Positions 30,419 to 41,469 are shown, counted from the first letter of the stretch. The stretch is DNA of 64,000 bases from Candidatus Saccharimonadales bacterium (GCA_040903985.1 JBBDUI010000002.1:390038-454037), one strand, 5' to 3'. Numbers and translations: made by a program. The notes: generated by a model not told the origin, from the sequence alone.

Positions 30419-31373
30419 CTTGAAAAAGCGTTTCGGATTAGTAAGTACAGTATTCTTCATAGCTATATTCTTTTATTATTTCATTAATAATCGAGAAGTG
30501 TTTTATGAATTAGCTTCGGTCTCAGCCCTAGCTCTAGTGCTTATATCGTTACTAAAGGTGGGAAAGATCCTCAATAGCTCCCTATACAACATTGCAACAG
30601 TCGGCGCATACGGAAAGAAATTACCGTTCTGGGACTCATTTTATATGTCGCTCTTAACAACTATAGGAAATTATTTCGGCCCCCTATTGGGTGGTGCTGG
30701 AATCCGAGCGATGTACTTAAAGAAGAAATACAAGTTTGCATACACTGATTTCATAGCTACCCTGTCCGGGTTTTATATTATTAGTTTTTCCGTTGCTTCA
30801 TTAATTGGTTTACTGAGTTTGTGGCATATTCAAACTCAAACTGGAGAGTATATGCCGATTTTATACTTATTGTTTGGCTCTCTGCTCACGTTTACCGTTT
30901 TTCTGGCATTAGCACCGAATAAGAAGTTTCTAAAACTTATTCCCCAGAATGTTAAACCCTTAGCTGGGTTGACTACAACTCTTGATCGAGTATTAGATGG
31001 CTGGGACCTGATACGGCACAATGCAAAGCTTTTTATACGGCTAAGCTGGCTAACTCTAGGGGGTATAATGCTAGCATTTTTTACTTCACTAGTTGAATTT
31101 TGGGCTTTGGGGATAGATCTGTCTATCGCGCCACTATTTTTATATTCAACACTTTCAACAGTCACACTATTAGTAAGCATCACTCCAGGTTCAATCGGAA
31201 TAAAGGAGGGGATATACATATTCACTAGTGACTTACTGGGCATCACCAATGCACAGGTACTGCAGTTGGCGGTAATAGATCGGGGCGTTAACTACGTTGT
31301 TTTATTTGTGCTTTATTTAATACTAAGGGCGCCCAAACTCAAACAAAAGATTAGAGAAGGACACATCGCATGA
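30411..31373 (+). CDS. Lysylphosphatidylglycerol-synthase TM / UPF0104 flippase-like protein
   Basis: GNY...GGAGIRAMYL, ITPGSIGIKEG and DRG motifs; about 8 TM helices. Confidence 0.8.
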   Translation: MRSLKKRFGLVSTVFFIAIFFYYFINNREVFYELASVSALALVLISLLKVGKILNSSLYNIATVGAYGKKLPFWDSFYMSLLTTIGNYFGPLLGGAGIRAMYLKKKYKFAYTDFIATLSGFYIISFSVASLIGLLSLWHIQTQTGEYMPILYLLFGSLLTFTVFLALAPNKKFLKLIPQNVKPLAGLTTTLDRVLDGWDLIRHNAKLFIRLSWLTLGGIMLAFFTSLVEFWALGIDLSIAPLFLYSTLSTVTLLVSITPGSIGIKEGIYIFTSDLLGITNAQVLQLAVIDRGVNYVVLFVLYLILRAPKLKQKIREGHIA

Positions 31374-32794
31374 ACAGGAACGGTGTAGCACTGTTTCGAG
31401 AGATATTCACAGCAAGGACTCTCCAGGTTGCGGAAATTGTTTCATCGAAAAAGTTTATTAAAGCAACATTCATCCTGTTTCTTTTGCAGAGTCTATTTTA
31501 CGCACTCACCATTAAATATGGCATACCGCCCGATGAGCAATACCATTTCAAAGTAGCAGAGCTATTTGTGCAGAATAACTTCTCACCATTTATAAGTAGC
31601 CAAGAGGGCTTATTCTCACTTGGCGAACTAACAAGGACGCCATATCTTATGTACCACTATCTTTTAAGCTTTCCTTTGGCACTACTGGGTAATCTATCAT
31701 TATCGGCTAAGATTCTTATCTTGAGAGGAATTAATATCTTGCTTGCCGCCAGCAGCCTTCTGGTCTTACAGAAGATCGCAGAAAAACTAAAGTTTTCTAG
31801 TTTTACTGCAAATGTGAGTATATTCATTTTCGCGAATAGTATGATGTATACGTTTCTTGCTGGGTCCATAAACTATGATAATTTATTCATCCTACTTGTT
31901 TTTACATCGATACTATTATTAATACGATTCTTGCAGGAGAAGAAGCCGGCTGATCTCATGCTGTGGAGCATAGTTATTTTGCTCGGCGCATTTACTAAAG
32001 AAGCATTCTTGCCGGTGGTACTAGCAGAGACAGTAGCACTGGTGGTTATGTTACGATTGACAGTTATTAGTACATTTGTAGATTGGTTAAAAAGCTTCAA
32101 TAAAGCATTAGTTATGAATATCGTGTTAGCCGTAGGCTTGATAGCGCTATTCTCAATGTTTATACGATTTTTTGTGGGTAACCAATTAGCCTATGGTGAC
32201 ATATCACCACGGTGTGAAATCGTCCATTCGTATGATGAATGTCTCGATCATGGGTTATTTCGGCGCTCGATAGAGCTAAAGGCGAATAGGCCGAACGATT
32301 TTGAAGCAGATACTAGTAAATTCGTATACGGCTGGGCGCAACTTATGAGATCTCGCACTTTCGGGACTCTTTCACATGCTTCAGTTGAGCCATCCAGACC
32401 CCTCATAGCTGCCACGTCTATATTATTTGTACTTATGCTCATAGCGGTTATTAGAAAGGTCGAAATAAAGAAGATAAATAAACCTCAACTGATCGTTCTC
32501 TTCGTAGTTGCTTTTTATGTGTTATCACTTATGTACGTAAATTACGGTAGTTATGTCAGGAACGGTAGATTTATGGCAGTGCAAGGCAGGTATATATTTC
32601 CGGCCCTGCCAATTATTTACTTCTTCGGCTTTCATTACATGGAGAAGCTGAAATTTGGCCGTACCCTAAGGGCAGTAGCTATCGTGGCGCTGCTACCTCT
32701 CATCATTATGGGCAATATTCCCACTTACATAATAAATTCAACAGAATTCCATTACTCTGGCGTCGGCTTAGATCTTTATCGCCTATTTAGATAA
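31370..32794 (+). CDS. GT-C fold membrane glycosyltransferase-like protein
   Basis: PPDEQYH, INYDNL and QGRYIFP; paralog of 10361..11851. Confidence 0.65.
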   Translation: MNRNGVALFREIFTARTLQVAEIVSSKKFIKATFILFLLQSLFYALTIKYGIPPDEQYHFKVAELFVQNNFSPFISSQEGLFSLGELTRTPYLMYHYLLSFPLALLGNLSLSAKILILRGINILLAASSLLVLQKIAEKLKFSSFTANVSIFIFANSMMYTFLAGSINYDNLFILLVFTSILLLIRFLQEKKPADLMLWSIVILLGAFTKEAFLPVVLAETVALVVMLRLTVISTFVDWLKSFNKALVMNIVLAVGLIALFSMFIRFFVGNQLAYGDISPRCEIVHSYDECLDHGLFRRSIELKANRPNDFEADTSKFVYGWAQLMRSRTFGTLSHASVEPSRPLIAATSILFVLMLIAVIRKVEIKKINKPQLIVLFVVAFYVLSLMYVNYGSYVRNGRFMAVQGRYIFPALPIIYFFGFHYMEKLKFGRTLRAVAIVALLPLIIMGNIPTYIINSTEFHYSGVGLDLYRLFR

Positions 32795-35167
32795 TTACTC
32801 AATAGCGCTTCCATCTAATGGGGGTAGCAGTCTGTCTTGTGTCGATATAATTTCTGAATCTTTGTATCCAAGCAGCCTGCGTATGTAAGCAGAAGAAAAT
32901 GGTCTTTTGTATACTTCATTTCCTTGCCGCTCTATTATATAGACGCTGCTTGAGCCGCCCTGTACGATTACTCCTTCGCGAAAGCCTAACAGTGGTCCCT
33001 CGGGTAGCTGCATATCTCCAGGAGTAGCGGGTTTAACTTCTGTGAAATCTCTTAGGTGACTGTACAAAATAATTGGTGCGCTCAAGGGCAGGCGCTGACC
33101 ATCTTCTAAGTAGAAGACAGTTTTGTTAAAAGGGGACTTGATAAGCGTACCGTCGATATGAATGCTACTGTCCTTAATGCGTGGTCCACTTGAATTTGGT
33201 CTTAGTCTGTCTTGAATATTGTAGACTTCACCCAGGTTATAACCTAAACCGATGAAAGCACTCCAATTCTGGAAGGCACGAGTCCTCGGAGTTCCAGACT
33301 CTATATCGATCAAATAGATAGTTTTAGTAGAATCTTTGATGAGTGTTCCTTCTCGAAAACTCCAATTGGGAGCAAGGGGTAGATTCATGTCGGCTGGCGT
33401 AGCTGGCTTTACCTCTGCGAGAGAGCGTTTATGACTGTCCAATATAATTGGCGCGCTAACTGGTCTCCGCTCCCCATCATCGATCAAATATACAGTTTTG
33501 TTGTGGGGAGATTTGACCATAGTGCCATCAGGATGAGACAGCTCTGTAAACTTTACAGTGCCGTATGCGTAGATACGTCCATAGCCATATTGATCTGTAC
33601 GATTCTGGCTATTCATGCCTCCTACTTTAATAGCCGGTGTTCTTAGTGAGCTCAAAACTTCGTTATGCGATACGCCACTATCGATAGATTTCATAAGACT
33701 TACTAGGCCAGTAACATGCGGAGCGGCCAGTGAGGTTCCGCTAGCTGTGGCCGTGTAATCGTTATAATTGCTCGCTTTGGCCGGGGGTATGGCGGCTGGA
33801 ATGTTGACCCCTGGCGCCATCACATCAAGCTCAGGTCCGTAGCTGGAGAAGCTGGCGCGCTGGTCACTGCTATTGGTGGCTCCGACAGCTATGGTGTGGG
33901 CCGATTTGGCCGGGTAGCAGACGCCACTAGTGCCGCTATTACCAGCGGCGGCCACCACAACTATACCGGCTTCCTTAGCCTCTAGCAGCGCCGCCTCCAG
34001 TAGGGTGTCTGTCGAAGTGCAGCGGTCTTGATCATCGAAGACGGCTAAGCTGAGGTTGATGACGTCCGCGCCCATAGCCGTGGCGTACTCTACGGCTGCT
34101 GTGATGCGCGGGGAGTCGCCGAAGCCGTATCCGTCTAGTACGCGAAGGCTCATAATCTTTGCATAGTGATCTACACCAGCGATTAACTCACTATTATTAG
34201 TAGCAGCAGCTGCAACAGAGGCTACGGCGGTGCCGTGGGTAATGTAGCAGGCACCCACATCGAACCCGCATCCACCGTTGTAGTGATTCATATTGAGTAG
34301 GGTGGGATTCGCTGGGTCGTCACAGGAGTAGGGCTGGGGGTCACTATCTTCTGCAACAAAACCGTCCTCACTCGTATGGTTATAGGTATCAGGATCGTTA
34401 AAGTTGGGGCAGACCGCGCTATCTCCTCGCCAGCCAGCCATGAAGTCCCAGCCGCGCCAGTCGTCGATGTAGCCGTTATCATCATCGTCACACTCGTTGA
34501 AGCGCTTGTCTTCTGCACCGGCAATCTCATCCCAGCAAGGGTCTTCTGGAGCGGTCATGCCTATCTCTCCGGCATTTGTCCACTGCTTATCGGCACTGGG
34601 CATATCCTGTTGCGCACACGGCTCAGATGGAGGACAGTCGAGTGAGTCCTCCCAGGACTGTTCGAATAACACCCCCGTGTCTATGACGGCGATAGTTGTA
34701 TCAGACGAGCCTTCGGAGATATCCCAGGCCTGCGACGCACCGATTTTAGTGAGGTTCCACTGATCAGAGTAGTTTGTATCGTTCGGTATAGCAGTGACCT
34801 TGTAGCGGTGATTGATCTGTGGTTTGGCTTTGATCGAGTTCATCGAACGTAGTTGCATTAGCTGCACGCCAGTATTAGCCGGACTACCCTCGATAGTAAC
34901 TAGGGATTCATCCCCCGGTAGATTAGTGACGTTGAGTACGTCTAGGGCCTGCTCGCTGGCCGCGGCTGCTATTGCGGCTACATTATCGGTACGGATAACC
35001 ACGCTGCCTTCTGTAGCGGTTTTGGCATTAAAGCTCACGGGCGCAGAGGCGGCAGGAGAAGCTAGGGCGATGTTTAGCTGATTAACGCCGCCGCCGATCA
35101 TACCTAGCAGCACTAGTGCTGCTATAAAGGTAGAAGAGCGTTTAATTGGTCTTTTTCGGTAAATCAT
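32795..35167 (-). CDS. Secreted S8 (subtilisin-like) serine peptidase with C-terminal repeats
   Basis: Catalytic triad in AVIDTG, THGT and GTSLAAPHV; AAAGNSG; DDDDNGYIDDWRGWDF insert; four GTxIK...VY repeats. Confidence 0.92.
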   Translation of the reverse strand: MIYRKRPIKRSSTFIAALVLLGMIGGGVNQLNIALASPAASAPVSFNAKTATEGSVVIRTDNVAAIAAAASEQALDVLNVTNLPGDESLVTIEGSPANTGVQLMQLRSMNSIKAKPQINHRYKVTAIPNDTNYSDQWNLTKIGASQAWDISEGSSDTTIAVIDTGVLFEQSWEDSLDCPPSEPCAQQDMPSADKQWTNAGEIGMTAPEDPCWDEIAGAEDKRFNECDDDDNGYIDDWRGWDFMAGWRGDSAVCPNFNDPDTYNHTSEDGFVAEDSDPQPYSCDDPANPTLLNMNHYNGGCGFDVGACYITHGTAVASVAAAATNNSELIAGVDHYAKIMSLRVLDGYGFGDSPRITAAVEYATAMGADVINLSLAVFDDQDRCTSTDTLLEAALLEAKEAGIVVVAAAGNSGTSGVCYPAKSAHTIAVGATNSSDQRASFSSYGPELDVMAPGVNIPAAIPPAKASNYNDYTATASGTSLAAPHVTGLVSLMKSIDSGVSHNEVLSSLRTPAIKVGGMNSQNRTDQYGYGRIYAYGTVKFTELSHPDGTMVKSPHNKTVYLIDDGERRPVSAPIILDSHKRSLAEVKPATPADMNLPLAPNWSFREGTLIKDSTKTIYLIDIESGTPRTRAFQNWSAFIGLGYNLGEVYNIQDRLRPNSSGPRIKDSSIHIDGTLIKSPFNKTVFYLEDGQRLPLSAPIILYSHLRDFTEVKPATPGDMQLPEGPLLGFREGVIVQGGSSSVYIIERQGNEVYKRPFSSAYIRRLLGYKDSEIISTQDRLLPPLDGSAIE

Positions 35168-35245
35168 TTTAGTTTTTGCTATAGCCGCTTAAACTTAAGT
35201 GTAATTGTACCATTAAATGTAGTGTTTCGCCAGTGCTGGGCGCTG

Positions 35246-36106
35246 CTAGGAGACGAGATTAGCCAGATATTTGCCGTAGCCGCTCTTCTGTAGCGGCTCG
35301 GCCAGTTTAACTAGCTGTTCGTCGGTAATGAAACCTTCACGCCAGGCGACTTCTTCGGGAGAGCCGATCTTTAGTCCGGTCCGCTTCTCGATCACCCGGA
35401 TGTATTCAGCTGCATCGTTCATAGACTCAAAGGTACCGGTGTCGAGCCAGGCTGAGCCGCGGTTCATGATCTGTACCTGTAGCTTGCCGCGCTTAAGGTA
35501 TTCGGCGTTGACACTGGTGATCTCGAGTTCGCCACGATCGCTAGGCTGTACGTTCTTAGCGATCTCTACTACGTCGTTGTCGTAGAAGTAGAGGCCGACG
35601 ACGGCGAAATTTGACTTGGGGTGTTCTGGCTTTTCTTCGATTGAGAGGGCTTGGCCTTTATCGTCAAAGTCGACCACACCGTAACGCTCCGGATCGGATA
35701 CTTGGTAGGCGAAGACGGTGCCGCCGTTAGCTCGGGTGGCCTCCTTCAGGCTGTCGCCGAAGCCATGGCCGTAGAAGATGTTATCTCCTAGGACTAGAGC
35801 GACGCTGTCTTCACCGATGAACTCCTCGCCGATTATGAAAGCCTGAGCTAAGCCTTCCGGGGCAGGCTGTACGGCATAGCTTAGGCTAATACCATACTTA
35901 GAGCCATCGCCGAGTAGGCGCTGGAACTGGCTCTGATCTTCCGGAGTGGTGATGATGAGAATATCTTTGATACCGGCCATCATCAGGGTCGAAAGCGGGT
36001 AGTAGATCATCGGCTTATCGTAAATCGGCATTAGCTGTTTCGAGATGCCTTGAGTAATCGGGTAGAGACGGGAGCCGGAGCCTCCAGCTAGAATAATTCC
36101 CTTCAT
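35246..36106 (-). CDS. rfbA: Glucose-1-phosphate thymidylyltransferase
   Basis: [23 protein letters not shown] and WLDTGT (RmlA). Confidence 0.97.
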   Translation of the reverse strand: MKGIILAGGSGSRLYPITQGISKQLMPIYDKPMIYYPLSTLMMAGIKDILIITTPEDQSQFQRLLGDGSKYGISLSYAVQPAPEGLAQAFIIGEEFIGEDSVALVLGDNIFYGHGFGDSLKEATRANGGTVFAYQVSDPERYGVVDFDDKGQALSIEEKPEHPKSNFAVVGLYFYDNDVVEIAKNVQPSDRGELEITSVNAEYLKRGKLQVQIMNRGSAWLDTGTFESMNDAAEYIRVIEKRTGLKIGSPEEVAWREGFITDEQLVKLAEPLQKSGYGKYLANLVS

Positions 36107-36155
36107 TACGAACTCCTCAACGAATTAGCTAGCTCATATACGTACGATAGATTTA

Positions 36156-37007
36156 TCATTTGCTCGTCTCCTTCGTTATGTATTCGGCTAACGCTTCGCG
36201 CCAGTCGCGACAGATGAAGCCAGTAGCCTCTAGTTTATCAAGTAGCAGCACACTGTTAGCTGGCCGCGGTGCGATACCGGTCTTGCCAGTAAAGTACTCA
36301 TCGGTCGTAGTGTCGCTGATGCGCCCAGCATCGTAGCCGGCAGTGCGATAGATCTCGCGGGCAAAATCGGCCCAGGAGACGGGATCGCCTCCGTTCGAGC
36401 AGTTGTAGATTCCGGGCTCTGGTGCCGTTTTGAGCAAGTGGTCGATAGCTTGGGCTAGGTCAACGGTAAAGCCGGGGCGACCGATCTGATCCTCGACCAC
36501 GCTGGGGTCGACACCTTTTTCCGCTAGGCTCAGCATGGTTCGGGCGAAGTTGCTCCCCTCCCCGATTACCCAGGAAGTGCGGACGATGTAGTGGTTAGCT
36601 ACGCTCTGAGCCGCCAAGTCACCGGCCGCCTTACTGCGACCATAGACGCTGATGGGGCTGAGGGGATCGGTCTCCTCATAGGGTGCGTCTTTCGTGCCGT
36701 CAAAGACATAGTCGGTTGAGATATGCACTAATGTCAGCTCCCGCTCGCGAGCGATAGCGGCGAGGTTGGCGACGCCTTGGGCGTTGGCGGCAAAAGCGGC
36801 TACCATTCCCTCGGGTGTCTCGGCCTCATCGACCTTGGTGTAGGCGGCGGCATTGATGATGGTCTCGATTTCGGAGAAGTCGAAGTGGCGTACCGCTTCA
36901 ATATTACTGATGTCGAGCTCATCGTGGTCGATAGCTACGGCTTCGGGATATATCTCGCGTAAAGCCTGACCCAGCTGGCCGTTAGCACCCGTAATCAGTT
37001 CACTCAT
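36156..37007 (-). CDS. rfbD: dTDP-4-dehydrorhamnose reductase
   Basis: GANGQLG, AAYTKVD, STDYVFDG and YGRSK (RmlD). Confidence 0.95.
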   Translation of the reverse strand: MSELITGANGQLGQALREIYPEAVAIDHDELDISNIEAVRHFDFSEIETIINAAAYTKVDEAETPEGMVAAFAANAQGVANLAAIARERELTLVHISTDYVFDGTKDAPYEETDPLSPISVYGRSKAAGDLAAQSVANHYIVRTSWVIGEGSNFARTMLSLAEKGVDPSVVEDQIGRPGFTVDLAQAIDHLLKTAPEPGIYNCSNGGDPVSWADFAREIYRTAGYDAGRISDTTTDEYFTGKTGIAPRPANSVLLLDKLEATGFICRDWREALAEYITKETSK

Positions 37008-37589
37008 CTAGACCTCCATCGGGGTTAAGTCAGCTAGGAGCGGGTGCGCCTGGTCTTTATCGGAGATAGTGGCTTCCTCCAAGCTGATCGGCCACTCTAT
37101 CGCTACTGTCGGATCGGCTAGATTCAGCATAGTGTAGCTGGCCTCCGGACTCCAGTGCTCGTTCACCAGGTAGGTGTAAGTGACGTTGTTCGTTAAGGTC
37201 TGGAAGGAGTTGCCGCAGCCGCGCGGTACGAATATGGCTCGGCCGGCATCAAGCCGGAAGGTTTCAACTACCCCAAATGTAGCTGAGCCGGCTCGCAGGT
37301 CGACGATAGCGGCGAAGACTTCGCCTTGGGCTACGGAGATAAATTTATCCCACGGCTCGGCGTGAATGCCGCGGGTGACACCTCGCTCGGCGTTGAAGGA
37401 TATGTTATTTTGCACCGGCTCGAAATCGGCCGGTAGGCCGAGCTCTTTGAGCTTGGCGGCTTGATAGTTTTCTTTGAAGTAGCCGCGGTTGTCGCCGTGA
37501 ACTACTAGACCGATGTCGAGCAGACCAGGGATGCTACTTTGGCGCACGGCTAGCTCAGAGTTAACGGTGAAATCCATCTTATCACTCAT
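37008..37589 (-). CDS. rfbC: dTDP-4-dehydrorhamnose 3,5-epimerase
   Basis: HGDNRGYFKE, RGIHAEPW, VDLR and SDKD (RmlC). Confidence 0.95.
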   Translation of the reverse strand: MSDKMDFTVNSELAVRQSSIPGLLDIGLVVHGDNRGYFKENYQAAKLKELGLPADFEPVQNNISFNAERGVTRGIHAEPWDKFISVAQGEVFAAIVDLRAGSATFGVVETFRLDAGRAIFVPRGCGNSFQTLTNNVTYTYLVNEHWSPEASYTMLNLADPTVAIEWPISLEEATISDKDQAHPLLADLTPMEV

Positions 37590-37653
37590 ACTAAAGCTCC
37601 TTGACCTTTTGCTAGATTATCAAACTCACGGCGCTTAGTTGCAAGCATGGCCG

Positions 37654-38658
<1,005 letters not shown>

Positions 38659-38703
38659 CTAATTTTATCATTGTACAGAGTTACTTGCACTCGGTTGAGT
38701 TGG

Positions 38704-39981
38704 CTAGACGCCGATACCCCGGTATGTAATTCCGTTATCTGTTATCCTGCTTTTATCCAGGCAGTTCCGGCCATCGATGACTACTTTTATGCCGGCACCC
38801 TTGAGTCTATCTATATCCATGTCGAGAAAATCTTTATGGGCAGTAGCGATAACCACAGCTTCTGCGCCCTCACAAGCAGCTTCTAGACTTTTCGCGCTCG
38901 ATTGCTCAGTGAAGTAGGGGTCGAATGTCGTTACTTCGGCTCCTTTATCCTTTAGCTTGTCGATTAAAACGTATGAGGGGCTTTCGCGGTCATCACCGAC
39001 GTTTGGCTTATACGATAGACCTAAGACTGCTACCCTAGCTCGACTAAGAGCAATGCCGACTTCATTTAGCCCATCTATCAACTGCTCAATGGCAAATTCT
39101 GGCATGCCGTTATTGATGTTTCGGGCGAGCATGAGGAATTCGTGATTAAAACCACTTTGTTTGGCGTATTCAATGAGGTAGTACGGGTCGACCGGGATGC
39201 AGTGGCCGCCTACGCCCATGCCCGGGTAGTGTGGCATGAAGGCAAAGGGCTTGGTAGCAGCACCATTGATGACATTTACGACATTGATACCAAGAGTAGA
39301 GAAAGACATCGCAAGTTCATTAACGAAGGCAATGTTTACGTCCCGAAATGAGTTTTCTACCACCTTAACGGCTTCTGCCTCTTTAAGAGACCCCATCGGC
39401 TTAACGGCTGCATCGAGAATCGATTCATAAAAGGCTACAGTACGATCGAGTCCTTCTTGAGTGTAACTTCCGACGACTCGGGGGATGTTTTGGACGTTCC
39501 ATTTCTCGTCCCCGGGGTTAATTCGCTCCGGACAGTGCGACAGATCGAAATCTTCACCGGCTTTTAGGCCGGATGCTTCTTCTAGTAACGGAAGTAGCAC
39601 CTCTTCTGACACGCCGGGATTAATCGTAGATTCGATTATTAGTAAGGTACCTTTGGCAAGGTTTTGAGCTACTGTTGTGCAGGCACCTTTAAGTGGCCCA
39701 AGATCTGGCTGGTAGTCGTGATGAACCGGAGTGGGTACGCAGACGATGATGATATCGGCTGTCCTTAACTCATCCGCCTTGTCGGTAGCTTGAAGCTTTA
39801 CTTTACCAAGGCGTTTATCGACGAAATCATCCGTGATGGGAGATCTCCCCTGGTTGATAAGTTCATTCTTCTTTGTATCGAGGTCGATGCCGATTACCTC
39901 ATAATCTTTTTCGGCTGTTAGCAGGGCGAGCGGCAATCCTACATATCCGAGCCCGACGATAGCGACAGTTTGCTTGGGCAT
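38704..39981 (-). CDS. UDP-N-acetylhexosamine (nucleotide sugar) dehydrogenase
   Basis: GLGYVGLP, CVPTP, PERINPG, GGHCIPVDP and DDRESP. Confidence 0.93.
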   Translation of the reverse strand: MPKQTVAIVGLGYVGLPLALLTAEKDYEVIGIDLDTKKNELINQGRSPITDDFVDKRLGKVKLQATDKADELRTADIIIVCVPTPVHHDYQPDLGPLKGACTTVAQNLAKGTLLIIESTINPGVSEEVLLPLLEEASGLKAGEDFDLSHCPERINPGDEKWNVQNIPRVVGSYTQEGLDRTVAFYESILDAAVKPMGSLKEAEAVKVVENSFRDVNIAFVNELAMSFSTLGINVVNVINGAATKPFAFMPHYPGMGVGGHCIPVDPYYLIEYAKQSGFNHEFLMLARNINNGMPEFAIEQLIDGLNEVGIALSRARVAVLGLSYKPNVGDDRESPSYVLIDKLKDKGAEVTTFDPYFTEQSSAKSLEAACEGAEAVVIATAHKDFLDMDIDRLKGAGIKVVIDGRNCLDKSRITDNGITYRGIGV

Positions 39982-40209
39982 ATAAATTTACTCCTAATTA
40001 TCCTAGCTAGTATATCGAAAAGAGAAAAGTGATGTCATATGATGATGCGGTTCGGACGATTATTAGACCGGGACCCCTCCATGTTTATATGGGGTAGCCT
40101 CAGCGTTAATATATAGCGGTAGTTCGCACCGGAAGGGGGTTGTTGATTTGTCACAAGGAGCATTCACAGTGGGTTAGAGAAGCGGCTGTTCAAACCGAGA
40201 CAGATTAAA

Positions 40210-40271
40210 GGCCCCGGTGTATATGTGTGCTGGGTGCGGTCAAGCACCAGAAGCATCGATACACCGGGGCC
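40210..40271 (-). terminator. Long imperfect hairpin 3' of gene 40285..40515
   Basis: Perfect 13-bp arms GGCCCCGGTGTAT / ATACACCGGGGCC with an inner CTG-GTGC/GCAC-CAG stem; TTT follows on the minus strand. Confidence 0.55.
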
Positions 40272-40284
40272 GGGCGAGAGGTGG

Positions 40285-40515
40285 CTAGGGCGGAGCAGGA
40301 TTGAAACGTACTAGAAACGGCAGATCGGCGCCGGGTATAACCCAGACCAATACCATCATGACGATGACCGCGAACAGGATCGACTTGAAGATGCTGACAC
40401 TAGCCACGAGGCGGGTAAGGGGCAGGTTCTGCGCTACTCTGATGTCATGACGTGCCGATATGACCAGCAGTATCAGGACGAGTAGGAGTAACAGTATGTC
40501 ACCAGTCGTGAACAT
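40285..40515 (-). CDS. Small two-TM membrane protein
   Basis: SD AAAGGA. Promoter CTGACT-17 bp-TACATT (40609-40614 / 40586-40591). Two hydrophobic helices. Confidence 0.65.
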   Translation of the reverse strand: MFTTGDILLLLLVLILLVISARHDIRVAQNLPLTRLVASVSIFKSILFAVIVMMVLVWVIPGADLPFLVRFNPAPP

Positions 40516-40673
40516 GATGTTTCCTTTCCGGGGCTGCTACGCTCTAACGCGACTGTCAAGGGACTCCACGAACAAAGAGCCGTAGAATGTAGTTATATGA
40601 AACTATAAAGTCAGGTGAATGTAAACGTAGTCGCTTGATAGGAGGATTCTGATTAGTTCAGTCAGGTGGATTG

Positions 40674-40703
40674 TTGACATTTTCGCCCTTTGTTCGCTAT
40701 ACT
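40674..40703 (+). promoter_or_regulatory. lexA promoter with a direct-repeat candidate operator
   Basis: TTGACA (40674-79), 18 bp, TATACT (40698-703); TTCGC-N6-TTCGC in the spacer. Confidence 0.65.
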
Positions 40704-40709
40704 CGAGAT

Positions 40710-41327
40710 ATGAAGCAAACATTAACCAAAAAACAGAAGCAGATGCTCGATTACATTCGAGCCTTTGCAGCAGAAAATGGCTACGCGCCAACCTTTCGCG
40801 AGATTATGGATGGACTGCACTACAGTTCGGTAGCTACAGTAGCGCAGCATATCGAGAACCTCGTTAATAAAGGGTTCTTATATAAGCGTAATAACGAAGC
40901 CCGCTCAATTCAGCTGGTCGATGCCGAGGTCGATACCATTGATACGCGTGGCCTGCCGGTTATGGGTATGATTGCGGCCGGGGAGCCGATTACCACCCTG
41001 GATAATCCGAACGAGACCTTGCAGGTGCCGAACTTCATGATTAAAAGCGATACCAGCTACGTGCTCCAGGTCCAGGGAGAGAGTATGATCGAGGACGGTA
41101 TTCTTAGCGGCGACTACATCGTAGTGAGGGAGAATCGAGTACCGCAAAACGGCGATGTAGTAGTAGCGATGATCGGTGGCGACTCTGCTACGCTGAAGCA
41201 TTTCTACCGTGAGGATGGACGGATACGCTTGCAGCCAGCCAATTCAGCCTATGAGCCGATCTATGTGGAGGCAGACGAAGGCCTGGAGATCCAAGGTGTA
41301 GTGACCGGAGTAGTGCGAGCGTATTAG
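40710..41327 (+). CDS. lexA: SOS repressor LexA
   Basis: wHTH (PTFREI...SVATV), Ala-Gly cleavage site IAAG, catalytic Ser (GESM) and Lys (TLK), LQPAN. Confidence 0.95.
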   Translation: MKQTLTKKQKQMLDYIRAFAAENGYAPTFREIMDGLHYSSVATVAQHIENLVNKGFLYKRNNEARSIQLVDAEVDTIDTRGLPVMGMIAAGEPITTLDNPNETLQVPNFMIKSDTSYVLQVQGESMIEDGILSGDYIVVRENRVPQNGDVVVAMIGGDSATLKHFYREDGRIRLQPANSAYEPIYVEADEGLEIQGVVTGVVRAY

Positions 41328-41394
41328 CTAGAGCCGCCCGTATTTCAAAAAGTTATTTACTGGTCTATAAGTAGTGTATACAATGTAGAGGCAT

Positions 41395-41469
41395 TCCGGA
41401 GTAGCTCAATGGTAGAGCGCCGCCCTGTTAAGGCGATTGTTGTCGGTTCGAATCCGACCTCCGGAGCCA
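41395..41469 (+). tRNA. tRNA-Asn (GTT)
   Basis: Acceptor stem TCCGGAG/CTCCGGA, D arm GCTC/GAGC, loop CTGTTAA, T arm GTCGG-TTCGAAT-CCGAC, encoded CCA. Confidence 0.96.

Noticed and set aside
13730-37010. In-frame TAG-ATG junctions (wzm/wzt, 25742/25743, rmlC/rmlD) read as amber recoding
   Set aside because: Conserved genes such as dnaN, jag and lexA end at TAG at their normal length; translational coupling is sufficient.
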